Shown here in pieces: positions 1 through 8,391 of a DNA stretch of 64,000 nucleotides. The position numbers were made by a program, and so were the translations under genes. Origin of the DNA: an uncultured virus (IMG/VR IMGVR_UViG_3300042891_000356) (Duplodnaviria; Heunggongvirae; Uroviricota; Caudoviricetes); the IMG/VR virus record IMGVR_UViG_3300042891_000356. One strand, 5' to 3'. Every line of letters begins with the position of its first letter. Positions within the stretch are counted from its first letter, which is position 1. Below the pieces are notes generated by a model. That model had not been told where the DNA came from and did not search any database. It was given only the letters and a program-made list of their open reading frames with translations.

Positions 1-397
1 TAGAACTAACACCAAGTTTAACTCCACTTTCCAACATTGTTTCTACTAACTTACCCATTGGAGTAGGGAGAACCTTTAATTTACCAAAGCCGTTAGGACC
101 GTCCATCCACATATCTGTAATCATGTGACTTACACGGTCCAAATTAATTTTCAAATCATCTGGGTGATCGACTTCGCCTAAAACGCTGTAGCCACCCTTG
201 ATTTGTTCGTTAATATTTGTTACGGCATTGCTAATTTCATTTACTGGATACACTCGCTCGTTGTGGTTCTTTACGCCACCTTGAATGAATATGCCTTTCA
301 TATAAAGATTCTTACCTTTACCGTCATGACTATCTTCTGTTAGAATTTCCATTCTAGCATTGTCAAAGGTTAAGTTTTCTTTTAAGTATGAAGCCAT
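1..397 (-). CDS. gp21: Prohead core protease (T4 gp21-like), partial, runs off the left edge
   Basis: Not in the ORF track. Manual translation from ATG at 397 gives MASYLKENLTFD...LYMKGIFIQGGVKNHNERVYP...LGEVDHP...NLDRVSH...PTPMG...GVKLGVSS, which are typical gp21 motifs. It lies downstream of the portal. Confidence 0.93.
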   Translation of the reverse strand, partial: MASYLKENLTFDNARMEILTEDSHDGKGKNLYMKGIFIQGGVKNHNERVYPVNEISNAVTNINEQIKGGYSVLGEVDHPDDLKINLDRVSHMITDMWMDGPNGFGKLKVLPTPMGKLVETMLESGVKLGVSS

Positions 398-411
398 TTT
401 AGTATCCTAAA

Positions 412-1182
412 TTATTTGCTTTTACGTGACTCTGTAGTTGCTACTTTTTCTTTATTTGAAAAAGCGTTACCAGCTTTGCCACCAGGAACATTAATATTTT
501 TTGTATTCATTTTTTGTGCTTTTTCAGCTGTAACATCTGCACCAGTGTCACCTTGTGCAATATTTTTAGCAGAGCCGCCCATATCATTTTTCTTAGCTAC
601 AGGTGATGTTGCTTTAGCAGCAGTATTACTTGGAGCAGCTACTTTTTCTACATATTCACGAACGATAGTTTCATCTAATTCTTCTTCTTCGTCTTCTTCT
701 GTATCACATTCTTCAGCTTCCATAAATTCTTCTTCAGCTGGAGCTTCGTCATCGCCGCCAAAATCCATATCAGCGTGTTCTGGTTCATTTTCTTCGCCAG
801 CCATTAAAGCATCAAATTCAGCTTTAAGTTCGTCTAATGCTGACTCTAAATCATCAACACGTGTTTCAACGTCACCGTGCTCTTCTTCGTGTGAATCTAA
901 ATCACCTGAGTTATCAAAGTCGTTTTCTAATTCGCCTTCTTCGCTGTCCATTTCAAATTCGCCAGCGCCTTCATCTTCTTCGCTGATACCTTGTTCATCG
1001 ATAGTAACTTCATCCATGTAACCTTGTACTTTGTTGCCGCCGACTTCTTCTAAATCTGTTTCGTCGATTAGGCTTTCATAAATGTCACGTGATTTTTCAA
1101 CAACGATGTTGTGGAATAATTCGCGAGCCTTATCAGTTTCATCATTAATGATGTGTTCTATTAACTGTTCATACTTGTTCAT
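412..1182 (-). CDS. Highly acidic prohead core/scaffold-like protein
   Basis: 256 aa, very D/E-rich with a coiled-coil segment, located between portal and protease. It has an AAGGAG RBS and an upstream TAAATA motif. Function is inferred from position and composition. Confidence 0.6.
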   Translation of the reverse strand: MNKYEQLIEHIINDETDKARELFHNIVVEKSRDIYESLIDETDLEEVGGNKVQGYMDEVTIDEQGISEEDEGAGEFEMDSEEGELENDFDNSGDLDSHEEEHGDVETRVDDLESALDELKAEFDALMAGEENEPEHADMDFGGDDEAPAEEEFMEAEECDTEEDEEEELDETIVREYVEKVAAPSNTAAKATSPVAKKNDMGGSAKNIAQGDTGADVTAEKAQKMNTKNINVPGGKAGNAFSNKEKVATTESRKSK

Positions 1183-1309
1183 AAAGAACTCCTTAAATTG
1201 TGTCTGTCTAGGTGAGATTTACGTTACGTAATATCTCTGTAATATTATTTACTGGTTTATTGAAAAATCGAAGTTAAATGCGTGTTTTTTGATTGAATTT
1301 GATTGATAA

Positions 1310-1534
1310 TTACATCGGAGGTGCGACTTCGGCTGGCTTGTACTGCGATCTTACTCGTTCTAAGTCTTGCTCTTTTTCTAATCTACGTACATCGTTCATA
1401 ATACGTAAACGATGTAGTTGAGTTAATGTTAATTTAGTTTTACGCAGATCAGACAACTTTAAAGAAGTGTTATCATCCTTTTCAGTTTGGTGCTGTTGCA
1501 CTAATTCAGAATTAAATATTTCAAGTAGATTCAT
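1310..1534 (-). CDS. Small hypothetical head-module protein
   Basis: 74 aa ORF co-oriented between the portal and scaffold-like genes, with TAAATA directly upstream. Confidence 0.7.
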   Translation of the reverse strand: MNLLEIFNSELVQQHQTEKDDNTSLKLSDLRKTKLTLTQLHRLRIMNDVRRLEKEQDLERVRSQYKPAEVAPPM

Positions 1535-1554
1535 AATATTATTTACCTAAAATA

Positions 1555-3270
1555 TTATAAACCAGGAGGTGCAGTAGGTGTTGCTGGTACTGCTGGTTCA
1601 GCACCTGTTGCAGGTAATGCACCTGGTTCTACTCCTGGTGCTGGTTCAGCAGTTAAATCAGGCATTTCTAAATTATCTAAATCACTTTCTATACCTGCTG
1701 GAGTAACATCAACAGCACGTAAACCAGCATCAGTATCAACATTATCCGGAGTAGAATTTCGTTCTTCTGCCCATAGCTCATCATTACGTTGCATTTCTTC
1801 TTCACTTAGATCTAAGTAGCGTTCTAATAAGAAACGTTTACTTAAATATGGTGTTTGTTCCAATGATGTAAATGCTTGTATACGTGCCGCATCAACTTCT
1901 GCTTGACGGTATTTGGCAAAGTTTTGCGGTTCATTTAAGCGTAGTTCAAATAGCTGGCCATCAATGTTAATACCTCTCCAGCGCATGAACATTTTAAACT
2001 CGTTGTCTAGTTTTTCAACTATCATAGTTTGTAAACGCATACAGTATTGATTAAAGCGCCATTCTTGAATTAATGCAGTTGTAGATTTACCATCATTAAA
2101 TGTAGATGCGCTGTCATCACTACCTGTAGGCAAGTAACTGCTAGGAATACGCAGGCCACGGAACATTTTATTAGTAAAGAAACGTAAGTCTGTAATTTCA
2201 CCTAGGTTACTACCGCCTGGTAATGCTTCAACACTTGAACCACGTCCTTCTGCGCCGACTGGAAAGAAAAAATCTTCGTTAGTCGATAGTGGATTGTAAG
2301 TAGCATCCATCATATTTTGTCCGCCACCTGTTTGTGTAGGTATACGACGTTGATGTACTTCATTTTTAATACGATCCACAAAGGCCATGGCCATGTGTGT
2401 GGGCATATTACCTACGTCAATTTTAAATACACGACGTTCCGGTGCACGTTGTACACGATAGATAATAATAGCGTCTTCTAACAGTTCTTTTTGTTTAAAG
2501 ATTTTAAATATGCTTTCAAGAATACTAGTACCAAACGGCCAGTTAACATCTAAGCCTTCTGTTAGACTAATATGCACTACATGTTCTGCATCTAGCACTG
2601 CTTCGTTTTGTGCATGACTAAAGCGTGAACCGCCACTGTACGGAACATTAGGTTGTACGTATGAACCTGCACCGCCACTACCACCTTGTTGTGGGTGATT
2701 CGTATAAGTGTCGCTTGAGCTTAATGCTGTCGCAGTTAAGTTTTGAAAGTTAAGATTAAGATTTTTAATTACGTATTGTTCCGGCTCTTTGCCTTCTGCT
2801 TCATTAACAATAACTTTGATTACACTGCCCATTTCTGTCCAGTATAATTTAAATGTTTCTGGGTCACGTAAGAATACTTGATCACCGTATTTTAATGTAT
2901 TACGTACAAGTTTAAATAGACGTTTGTTTAATTGATTTAGATTAACCCATTGTAGCAATTGATCTTTAAGTAATTTAACTTCGTTATCTGTTGGATCTTC
3001 TTTAAAGAATAAATCAAAGCCTGTACCGTTTTCTGTATTTGGCTGTGTGCAGAATTCTGCAATGATATCAAGAGCTGCATTAACTTCACTGTCCATGTCC
3101 ATTTGTTCATACTGATTATAACGCTCGGTACGATTTGGGTGGCCAATATACACTTCGGGCAATTGGCTTTGATAGTTGCGATAGCTTGGATCTGCTGAAT
3201 TGTTAATTCCACTGATTGGACTTAGTTGTCCGCCAGTGTTTGCGGTTCGAAAGTGCTTTTTCCATGACAT
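1555..3270 (-). CDS. gp20: Portal vertex protein (T4 gp20-like)
   Basis: Motifs LLEDAIIIYRVQRAPERRVFKIDVGNMP, EDFFFP, LPGGSNLGEITDLRFF and LRIPSSYL are characteristic of gp20. Confidence 0.96.
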   Translation of the reverse strand: MSWKKHFRTANTGGQLSPISGINNSADPSYRNYQSQLPEVYIGHPNRTERYNQYEQMDMDSEVNAALDIIAEFCTQPNTENGTGFDLFFKEDPTDNEVKLLKDQLLQWVNLNQLNKRLFKLVRNTLKYGDQVFLRDPETFKLYWTEMGSVIKVIVNEAEGKEPEQYVIKNLNLNFQNLTATALSSSDTYTNHPQQGGSGGAGSYVQPNVPYSGGSRFSHAQNEAVLDAEHVVHISLTEGLDVNWPFGTSILESIFKIFKQKELLEDAIIIYRVQRAPERRVFKIDVGNMPTHMAMAFVDRIKNEVHQRRIPTQTGGGQNMMDATYNPLSTNEDFFFPVGAEGRGSSVEALPGGSNLGEITDLRFFTNKMFRGLRIPSSYLPTGSDDSASTFNDGKSTTALIQEWRFNQYCMRLQTMIVEKLDNEFKMFMRWRGINIDGQLFELRLNEPQNFAKYRQAEVDAARIQAFTSLEQTPYLSKRFLLERYLDLSEEEMQRNDELWAEERNSTPDNVDTDAGLRAVDVTPAGIESDLDNLEMPDLTAEPAPGVEPGALPATGAEPAVPATPTAPPGL

Positions 3271-3294
3271 AGTTATATTCTCTTTACGATAGTG

Positions 3295-3302
3295 TATTTA
3301 TA
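3295..3302 (-). promoter_or_regulatory. T4-type late promoter (TATAAATA) for the portal gene
   Basis: Exact TATAAATA on the minus strand about 25 nt upstream of the portal ATG. A gp55-like sigma factor is encoded in the window. Confidence 0.8.
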
Positions 3303-3304
3303 GC

Positions 3305-5860
3305 CTAATAGCTGTTCTGTAAAATTCCCGATGTATACTTGTTATTAGTATACATAGCTTCATTCATACGTTTCATTTCTTCAACCATTCTAATAGTATT
3401 TTCTGCCAGGCTCTTAATGTGCTCGTTACTTGCAGAATCTTGCACTACGCTAGCACCGCTACTATTACGCTGCTCTTCTGGATTTTGCAGGTCAGCTACC
3501 CAGCCCTTCATCATTTCAGCCATCCCTTGTGCACCGCCTTGTGCGGTTATGCTGCTGTTTGTTGCCCACGTTGCAGGTTTAAAATCAGATCCTCCTAGAG
3601 TTCCTTCGTAGAGCATGCTTGCAAGATCTTCACTTTCTTCAGCTTTAACTCTTTTAAGCCCTGACATCATGCTTTCTAAAGATCGTATAGCACCTTGCAA
3701 GACTTTAACTGTGTCAGTGTTTGTTGTGTTTGCGGCTGTTATAAACTTTTCAGTTGTTGCGGCACTTATTACACTTGCAGGACCGCTGACAAGCTCAGGC
3801 CCTGCTTCACCTACTATTCCAGTAGCGCCGGCTCGTATTGAACCACCGTTAGCATGTTTACTAATACCTTTCATGTAGTTTTCTATCATGCTAGGTGCTC
3901 GTTCAGGTTGAGCCATGCCCATAGCACGTAGATTTTCCATGCGTTTCTTTTCATCAGCAATCTTAGCTAATTCTGCATTGTATCCTTCGATATCACCGTC
4001 TTCTTTAAGTTGCTGTAGTTCTTTATTTCGTGCTTGTTCTTTATTCCATGCGGCTAAATCTTGTTGATATCGCATTTCGCCAAAGCCGCCGTACTCTTTA
4101 GTATATTGATTTTTTAATATTCTAGTGTTCTTCTCATCAGAAGCTTTTTGTTCTTTAGTTTTACCATAACCATACTCATCCAATGTATCTTGAACACTAC
4201 GCAGCATCTTTTTAGAAAGATTAGCAAAATCCATGATTGCCGGAGTTAATATGTTTTGTAGAGATTTTTTTAACTCCATTGCAGCAGTTTCTGCGTCAAC
4301 TACACCTTTAGTTAATCCATCGGTAGTTTTTTCTTGGTCTTTAGCCGCTTTTTCCCCGGCTTTAATTGCTTCAGGAGTAGCTAGTTTAATTTCATTAATT
4401 GATTGCATAAACGATTTAGCTAAGTCACTTGCGTGACCAGGTATTCCGGCAGCATCTACCAACCCAATGCTAGTTTGATCTAAGAATTCTTTTTGCATTC
4501 TCCCGTTTTCACGAGCATTAATATTACGCATTTTTGCATCATCTAATGTACCTTGTTGATAGTTTTGATATGCTTCTGATACACTATCACGCAGGCCACC
4601 ACTTAAAGCTGCTGCAGATGCACCTTGAGAATTAATCACACTGCCAAAGTTAACCATATCCATAAAATTCTTACGTTGTAACGAATTCATGTTTGAGAAA
4701 GCTCGCATAATTGCGGCTTGTTCTTCTGGAGATTTTTTTGCTAATTTTTGTTGAAACGCAAGTTGATTTGCTTCATCTTGCACTTGAGCCATTTTTTTCT
4801 TAGCATCTTCGCCGGTTATAGCAGCAATGATACGTAAATTTTCTGCATATTTTTGTGTTTGTTCTGCTACTTGCTGATTACTTGCTCTCAGTGGTCCTGA
4901 TGTGCTACCACGCATAGATTTCATTGTTTCTGCAACTAATTCAGCTTGTTCCTCAAACCCGTAACCAAGATTAAGTAAATTTTTCTTCATTGATGCACCA
5001 CCAGCGGTTAGTGCACCGCCAATTCGTTTAGCACCTTCGTTTATACCCAATCCACTAGCACCTATGTTTGCGCTTTGATTCTTTAATACATTAGCAAATA
5101 AATCAACTGTCATGCCTGCTGCACCAGCAGCATTACGCATACCGGTCATACCATCAGCAAACATAGCACCACTAGCACTCATTGAATTAAATGCTTTGTA
5201 TGTTTTTTCTACTTCTACCTGTGCTACGTCAACAGCAAATTTTGCTACTTTGGCAGCAGTTTCCGCAGTTGCGTTTGCAACCATACCCAACCCAGTGGTA
5301 ACCATACCAATTGCTGCAACAAATGGGTTTTTAGCGTCCATCATTTTGCTACCGAATTTCTCAGCGGCGCCACCTGCAGTTTTTATTCCTGCAGCCGCAA
5401 CATCAATTCCTATTTTAAATAAATCGCCTGATAATTGTGCCGCTGATTGATTTGCCTGCAGACCTTTAACAAATGCACCAGCACCCTGAACCATAGATAC
5501 TGTTGATTTGGTTACTCCTTCAGCTACATCTTCCGTAACTCCACGCATCATTGCAGAATGCGCTAAAGCATCACGCTCAGCTAACAATGATTGTTTTTTG
5601 CTTGTTTTTGCAGCATCATCGGTGGTATCACCTAATTCAGACAGTGCATCATTTAATTCGTCTAATACTTTTTTCTGTTGGGCGTAACCAGCTTGACCTT
5701 TCTTAATTTCTTTATTAAGATCTTCAATTTGCTTTTTAAATTCTTTTGTACCTTTGCCGGTAACTTTAATGAAATCACTTAACCCATCAGTGGTCGTACC
5801 AAATCTCTCGGCCATTGCCTGAATTTCTTGTTGCATCGTTGTAAAATCAATATCAGCCAT
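3305..5860 (-). CDS. Tape-measure-like / baseplate hub protein
   Basis: 851 aa, Ala/Gly/Gln/Lys-rich and helical, with no Cys. The C-terminal ANGG...GIVGEAGPELV motif is common in tape measure proteins. Confidence 0.7.
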   Translation of the reverse strand: MADIDFTTMQQEIQAMAERFGTTTDGLSDFIKVTGKGTKEFKKQIEDLNKEIKKGQAGYAQQKKVLDELNDALSELGDTTDDAAKTSKKQSLLAERDALAHSAMMRGVTEDVAEGVTKSTVSMVQGAGAFVKGLQANQSAAQLSGDLFKIGIDVAAAGIKTAGGAAEKFGSKMMDAKNPFVAAIGMVTTGLGMVANATAETAAKVAKFAVDVAQVEVEKTYKAFNSMSASGAMFADGMTGMRNAAGAAGMTVDLFANVLKNQSANIGASGLGINEGAKRIGGALTAGGASMKKNLLNLGYGFEEQAELVAETMKSMRGSTSGPLRASNQQVAEQTQKYAENLRIIAAITGEDAKKKMAQVQDEANQLAFQQKLAKKSPEEQAAIMRAFSNMNSLQRKNFMDMVNFGSVINSQGASAAALSGGLRDSVSEAYQNYQQGTLDDAKMRNINARENGRMQKEFLDQTSIGLVDAAGIPGHASDLAKSFMQSINEIKLATPEAIKAGEKAAKDQEKTTDGLTKGVVDAETAAMELKKSLQNILTPAIMDFANLSKKMLRSVQDTLDEYGYGKTKEQKASDEKNTRILKNQYTKEYGGFGEMRYQQDLAAWNKEQARNKELQQLKEDGDIEGYNAELAKIADEKKRMENLRAMGMAQPERAPSMIENYMKGISKHANGGSIRAGATGIVGEAGPELVSGPASVISAATTEKFITAANTTNTDTVKVLQGAIRSLESMMSGLKRVKAEESEDLASMLYEGTLGGSDFKPATWATNSSITAQGGAQGMAEMMKGWVADLQNPEEQRNSSGASVVQDSASNEHIKSLAENTIRMVEEMKRMNEAMYTNNKYTSGILQNSY

Positions 5861-5887
5861 AACTTTTTTTACCTATGTTTTTACCGC

Positions 5888-5923
5888 TATAAATATATAA
5901 TATGGTACTATCAATTATTTATA
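5888..5923. promoter_or_regulatory. Pair of opposed late promoters (TATAAATA on + at 5888-5895, on - at 5916-5923)
   Basis: Two exact TATAAATA octamers on opposite strands in the 74 bp gap between divergent genes. Confidence 0.75.
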
Positions 5924-5934
5924 GGAAATAAATC

Positions 5935-6798
5935 ATGGTGAATCAAACTCAGTCATTTGCACCAACTAATCCGTTGGCTAAACACTTTCGGCAACCTGCA
6001 TTATATTTAAAATTGCCTAGTGGCGGAGCACATTGGCCTGAAGGCTCAATTGACCTACCGTTAAACAATGAAATTGCAGTGTTACCTATGAGTACAAAAG
6101 ATGAAATTACACTTAAAACTCCAGATGCATTGCTTAACGGGCAAGGTGTAGTTAATGTAATTGAAAGCTGTTGTCCAAATATTAAGGATGCATGGATGAT
6201 GCCTAGCATCGATGTTGATTCAGCTATTATTGCTATACGTATTGCCAGCTACGGTAATCAAATGGATTTTGGTGCTACCTGTCCAAAATGTAGTGAGACT
6301 AGCGACTATGCTATCGATTTAAGTGTTATATTAAGCAATATTACTGCACCTGTATATACACAAAAGGTTAAAGTTGATGAATTAAAAATTAAACTTAAAC
6401 CACAGGCATATTTCAATGTTAATAAATCTAATATGATTGCGTTCGAAGAACAGCAAATAATGAAAACGTTAGGTCAATTAAACGATAACCCAGAAGAACT
6501 TAAAAAAGTTTTTGATCAACAATTATCTAAAATTATTGATTTAAATGTATCACTATTAACAGGTAGTACTGATTATATTGAAATGCCCGACGGTAGTATT
6601 GTATCCGACGAAGCATTTATCAATGAATTCTACAGTAATTGTGATTCTAATGTAATTAAAACAATTAAGGCTACATTAACAGAATTAGGTAAACAAGGCG
6701 GTATTAAGCCAATCGATGTTAATTGTCATAGCTGTAACGCAGAATTTAGTGTAACGGTTGAATTTGATTTTGCAAGTTTTTTCGCAGTAGGCTCTTAA
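5935..6798 (+). CDS. gp26: Baseplate hub assembly / tail assembly chaperone (T4 gp26-like)
   Basis: LPSGG, MSTKDEITLKTPDALLNG, DVDSAIIAIRIASYG, two CxxC pairs (CPKC, CHSC) and a C-terminal ..SFF match the gp26-like pattern. Confidence 0.75.
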   Translation: MVNQTQSFAPTNPLAKHFRQPALYLKLPSGGAHWPEGSIDLPLNNEIAVLPMSTKDEITLKTPDALLNGQGVVNVIESCCPNIKDAWMMPSIDVDSAIIAIRIASYGNQMDFGATCPKCSETSDYAIDLSVILSNITAPVYTQKVKVDELKIKLKPQAYFNVNKSNMIAFEEQQIMKTLGQLNDNPEELKKVFDQQLSKIIDLNVSLLTGSTDYIEMPDGSIVSDEAFINEFYSNCDSNVIKTIKATLTELGKQGGIKPIDVNCHSCNAEFSVTVEFDFASFFAVGS

Positions 6799-7013
6799 CA
6801 CTAGACAACGATGCAATCGTAGAACTGTTAGACGGCTACGAAAAAGAGATAAGGGCCTATAAAGATGATGCGTTGCGAATTTCCTGGTATATGCGAGGGG
6901 GAATAAGTTACGAAGATGCAATGATGTTAAGTCAACAAGAAAGAGAACTAATATCAAAAATAATTAAAGAAAATATGGAAACAACCAAAAAAAGTGGGAT
7001 GCCATTTTTCTAA
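6777..7013 (+). CDS. gp51-like C-terminal extension of the gp26-like protein, probably reached by -1 frameshift
   Basis: The -1 frame is open from 6768 to TAA 7011-7013 and reads FFRSRLLTLDNDAIVELLDGYEKEIRAYKDDALRISWYMRGGISYEDAMMLSQQERELISKIIKENMETTKKSGMPFF. There is no ATG until 6891. A terminator follows. Confidence 0.7.
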   Translation, partial: FFRSRLLTLDNDAIVELLDGYEKEIRAYKDDALRISWYMRGGISYEDAMMLSQQERELISKIIKENMETTKKSGMPFF

Positions 7014-7022
7014 TAGAATACT

Positions 7023-7046
7023 AAAGCACATTTATTGTGCTTTTTT
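7023..7046 (+). terminator. Rho-independent terminator, possibly bidirectional
   Basis: AAAGCACA-TTTAT-TGTGCTTT followed by further Ts, about 10 nt after the stop at 7013. Confidence 0.75.
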
Positions 7047-7099
7047 ATTGACTATAATATACACCTGTCAAAGTCATTATAACAGCAAAAACTTTAATA

Positions 7100-7600
7100 T
7101 ACTTAAAAGATGTCTAACGACATCTGCATTATCGCTATCGCTCAATGCTTTTTCTTCTAATCTAATTAATTTAAATTACTTTAATACTTACTGTATTGCT
7201 TTTGACTTTAGAACTGCTTCATCCAGATTATAGTCATACTTCACCCATTACAGGCAAAGTAAAACAGAGCGACTTCATCCGAGTGCTTCATCATACTAAC
7301 TAAAAGAGATTATATTCATTTACACGGAAGCGGTCGCCCTGTACTCCCTACTCTTGCTTCTTGCGACGGTTGATGCATAATCCGTAGTTAGCCAAACTAT
7401 GTCATCATATGGGTTGTATCTTTTTCACAGTGCCCAAATCATTCGGTTTTTACACCTAATTTTTATATTGTTGATTCGCTTTTTATAGCACAATACACGG
7501 TCGCCATTCAGTGTGTAGTCTAGTCTACACGTTCCACGTGCGGCCATTACGCGAGCACGATCTCCTCTGAATACAGAACTTAATCTGCAATAGGGCTGTT
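7100..7600 (-). ncRNA. Putative large structured non-coding RNA, family unassigned, boundaries approximate
   Basis: Gap without a credible ORF containing many helices that pair better on the minus strand (G-U wobbles), long-range pairings and an 8-bp loop-to-distal pseudoknot. Details are in the findings. Confidence 0.7.
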
Positions 7601-7701
7601 AAAACATTTACTACTTTACTACGGAGTTGGAATTTGTTTCTATGAGAGTGACTTGGTGTCTGAGAGCTGTGTGTTTATTGTAATACGTTTAGTGTCGTTG
7701 G

Positions 7702-8142
7702 TCAACTGGTTTTATTAATTTTTAAATCTTTTACGGAACCCTTGCCTAATTTAATTTGTATAATACCATTGTAGTTATCTTCCCTCAACAGTACTTCTTC
7801 CATAAATTGATAATGCGCTTCCATGTAGTTAGTTTCACCACGACTTAGACATAGATGTATAATTTCGCGTTTAAACTGTTCCTTGCCTAAAGCTAGGATA
7901 TCTGCTACTAGTCGACTCGAAGAACCCCAATAGTCTTTCCAATCAGTTTCAATTGTTTCTAGACGTTTGTTCTTCTTGCCTTTTAACGGTGGTCTTTTTT
8001 TGATAGTTTTAAAATACTTACGACCCACATAATCGTAGCCGTTAGTAAGATTGGTTATTCTATAAATGAAACCGTAGTATTCACCAATATCCCCCGAATC
8101 GAAAGGTGTACCATTATAGATCCAGGGGAAGTCGTATGTCAT
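7702..8142 (-). CDS. Stand-alone GIY-YIG family endonuclease
   Basis: GFIYRITN...YVGRK, YWGSS, FKREII...E and YNG match GIY-YIG motifs. It is 146 aa with no obvious C-terminal DNA-binding module. Confidence 0.85.
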   Translation of the reverse strand: MTYDFPWIYNGTPFDSGDIGEYYGFIYRITNLTNGYDYVGRKYFKTIKKRPPLKGKKNKRLETIETDWKDYWGSSSRLVADILALGKEQFKREIIHLCLSRGETNYMEAHYQFMEEVLLREDNYNGIIQIKLGKGSVKDLKINKTS

Positions 8143-8149
8143 ACGTTAT

Positions 8150-8335
8150 TTATTTTGCAGCCGCTGCATTTTTCTTCTCTTGGATTTCTGCACGACGAGC
8201 TTTAGTTAACTTACCTAAATCACCTAATGCACCACGAGCACGTGCCGCTGCGGCCTTAACACCCTTAACTTCAAATTTTTCTGATTCTGCTACGTATAGT
8301 TCTACTGCTGCTAAAATATCTTCATGAATTGACAT
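8150..8335 (-). CDS. Small basic histone H1-like (Hc1-type) protein
   Basis: 61 aa with KFEVKGVKAAAARARGALGDLGKL, resembling the Hc1 family core. AAGGAG RBS and TAAATA lie upstream. Confidence 0.65.
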   Translation of the reverse strand: MSIHEDILAAVELYVAESEKFEVKGVKAAAARARGALGDLGKLTKARRAEIQEKKNAAAAK

Positions 8336-8391
8336 GTTTACTTCTCCTTGTTATTATGTGTATTTAACCACCTTGTAGTGGGTGGTAAAAT

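Noticed and set aside
416..1021. 201 aa + strand ORF and the many other short antisense or alternate-frame ORFs in the track
   Set aside because: They are shadows of well-supported genes on the opposite strand or in another frame. The Ser-rich sequence here mirrors GAA/GAT codons.
6994..7233. 79 aa + strand ORF from the track
   Set aside because: It crosses the terminator and the RNA hairpins, has no RBS and is not protein-like.
7100..7700. Gap as a group I/II intron, RNase P RNA, tmRNA or tRNA cluster
   Set aside because: Flanking genes are convergent and complete, so there is no split exon. I found no ordered P/Q/R/S elements, domain V, RNase P GAGGAAAGUCC/ACAGAA motifs or tRNA T-loop cloverleaf by eye.
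7702..8142. GIY-YIG gene as an intron-encoded homing endonuclease
   Set aside because: It is free-standing, interrupts no gene and lacks a C-terminal DNA-recognition domain.
8367..8386. ACCACC/GGTGGT hairpin as a terminator
   Set aside because: The stem is only 6 bp with no convincing U-tract on the coding (minus) strand, so it was left uncalled.
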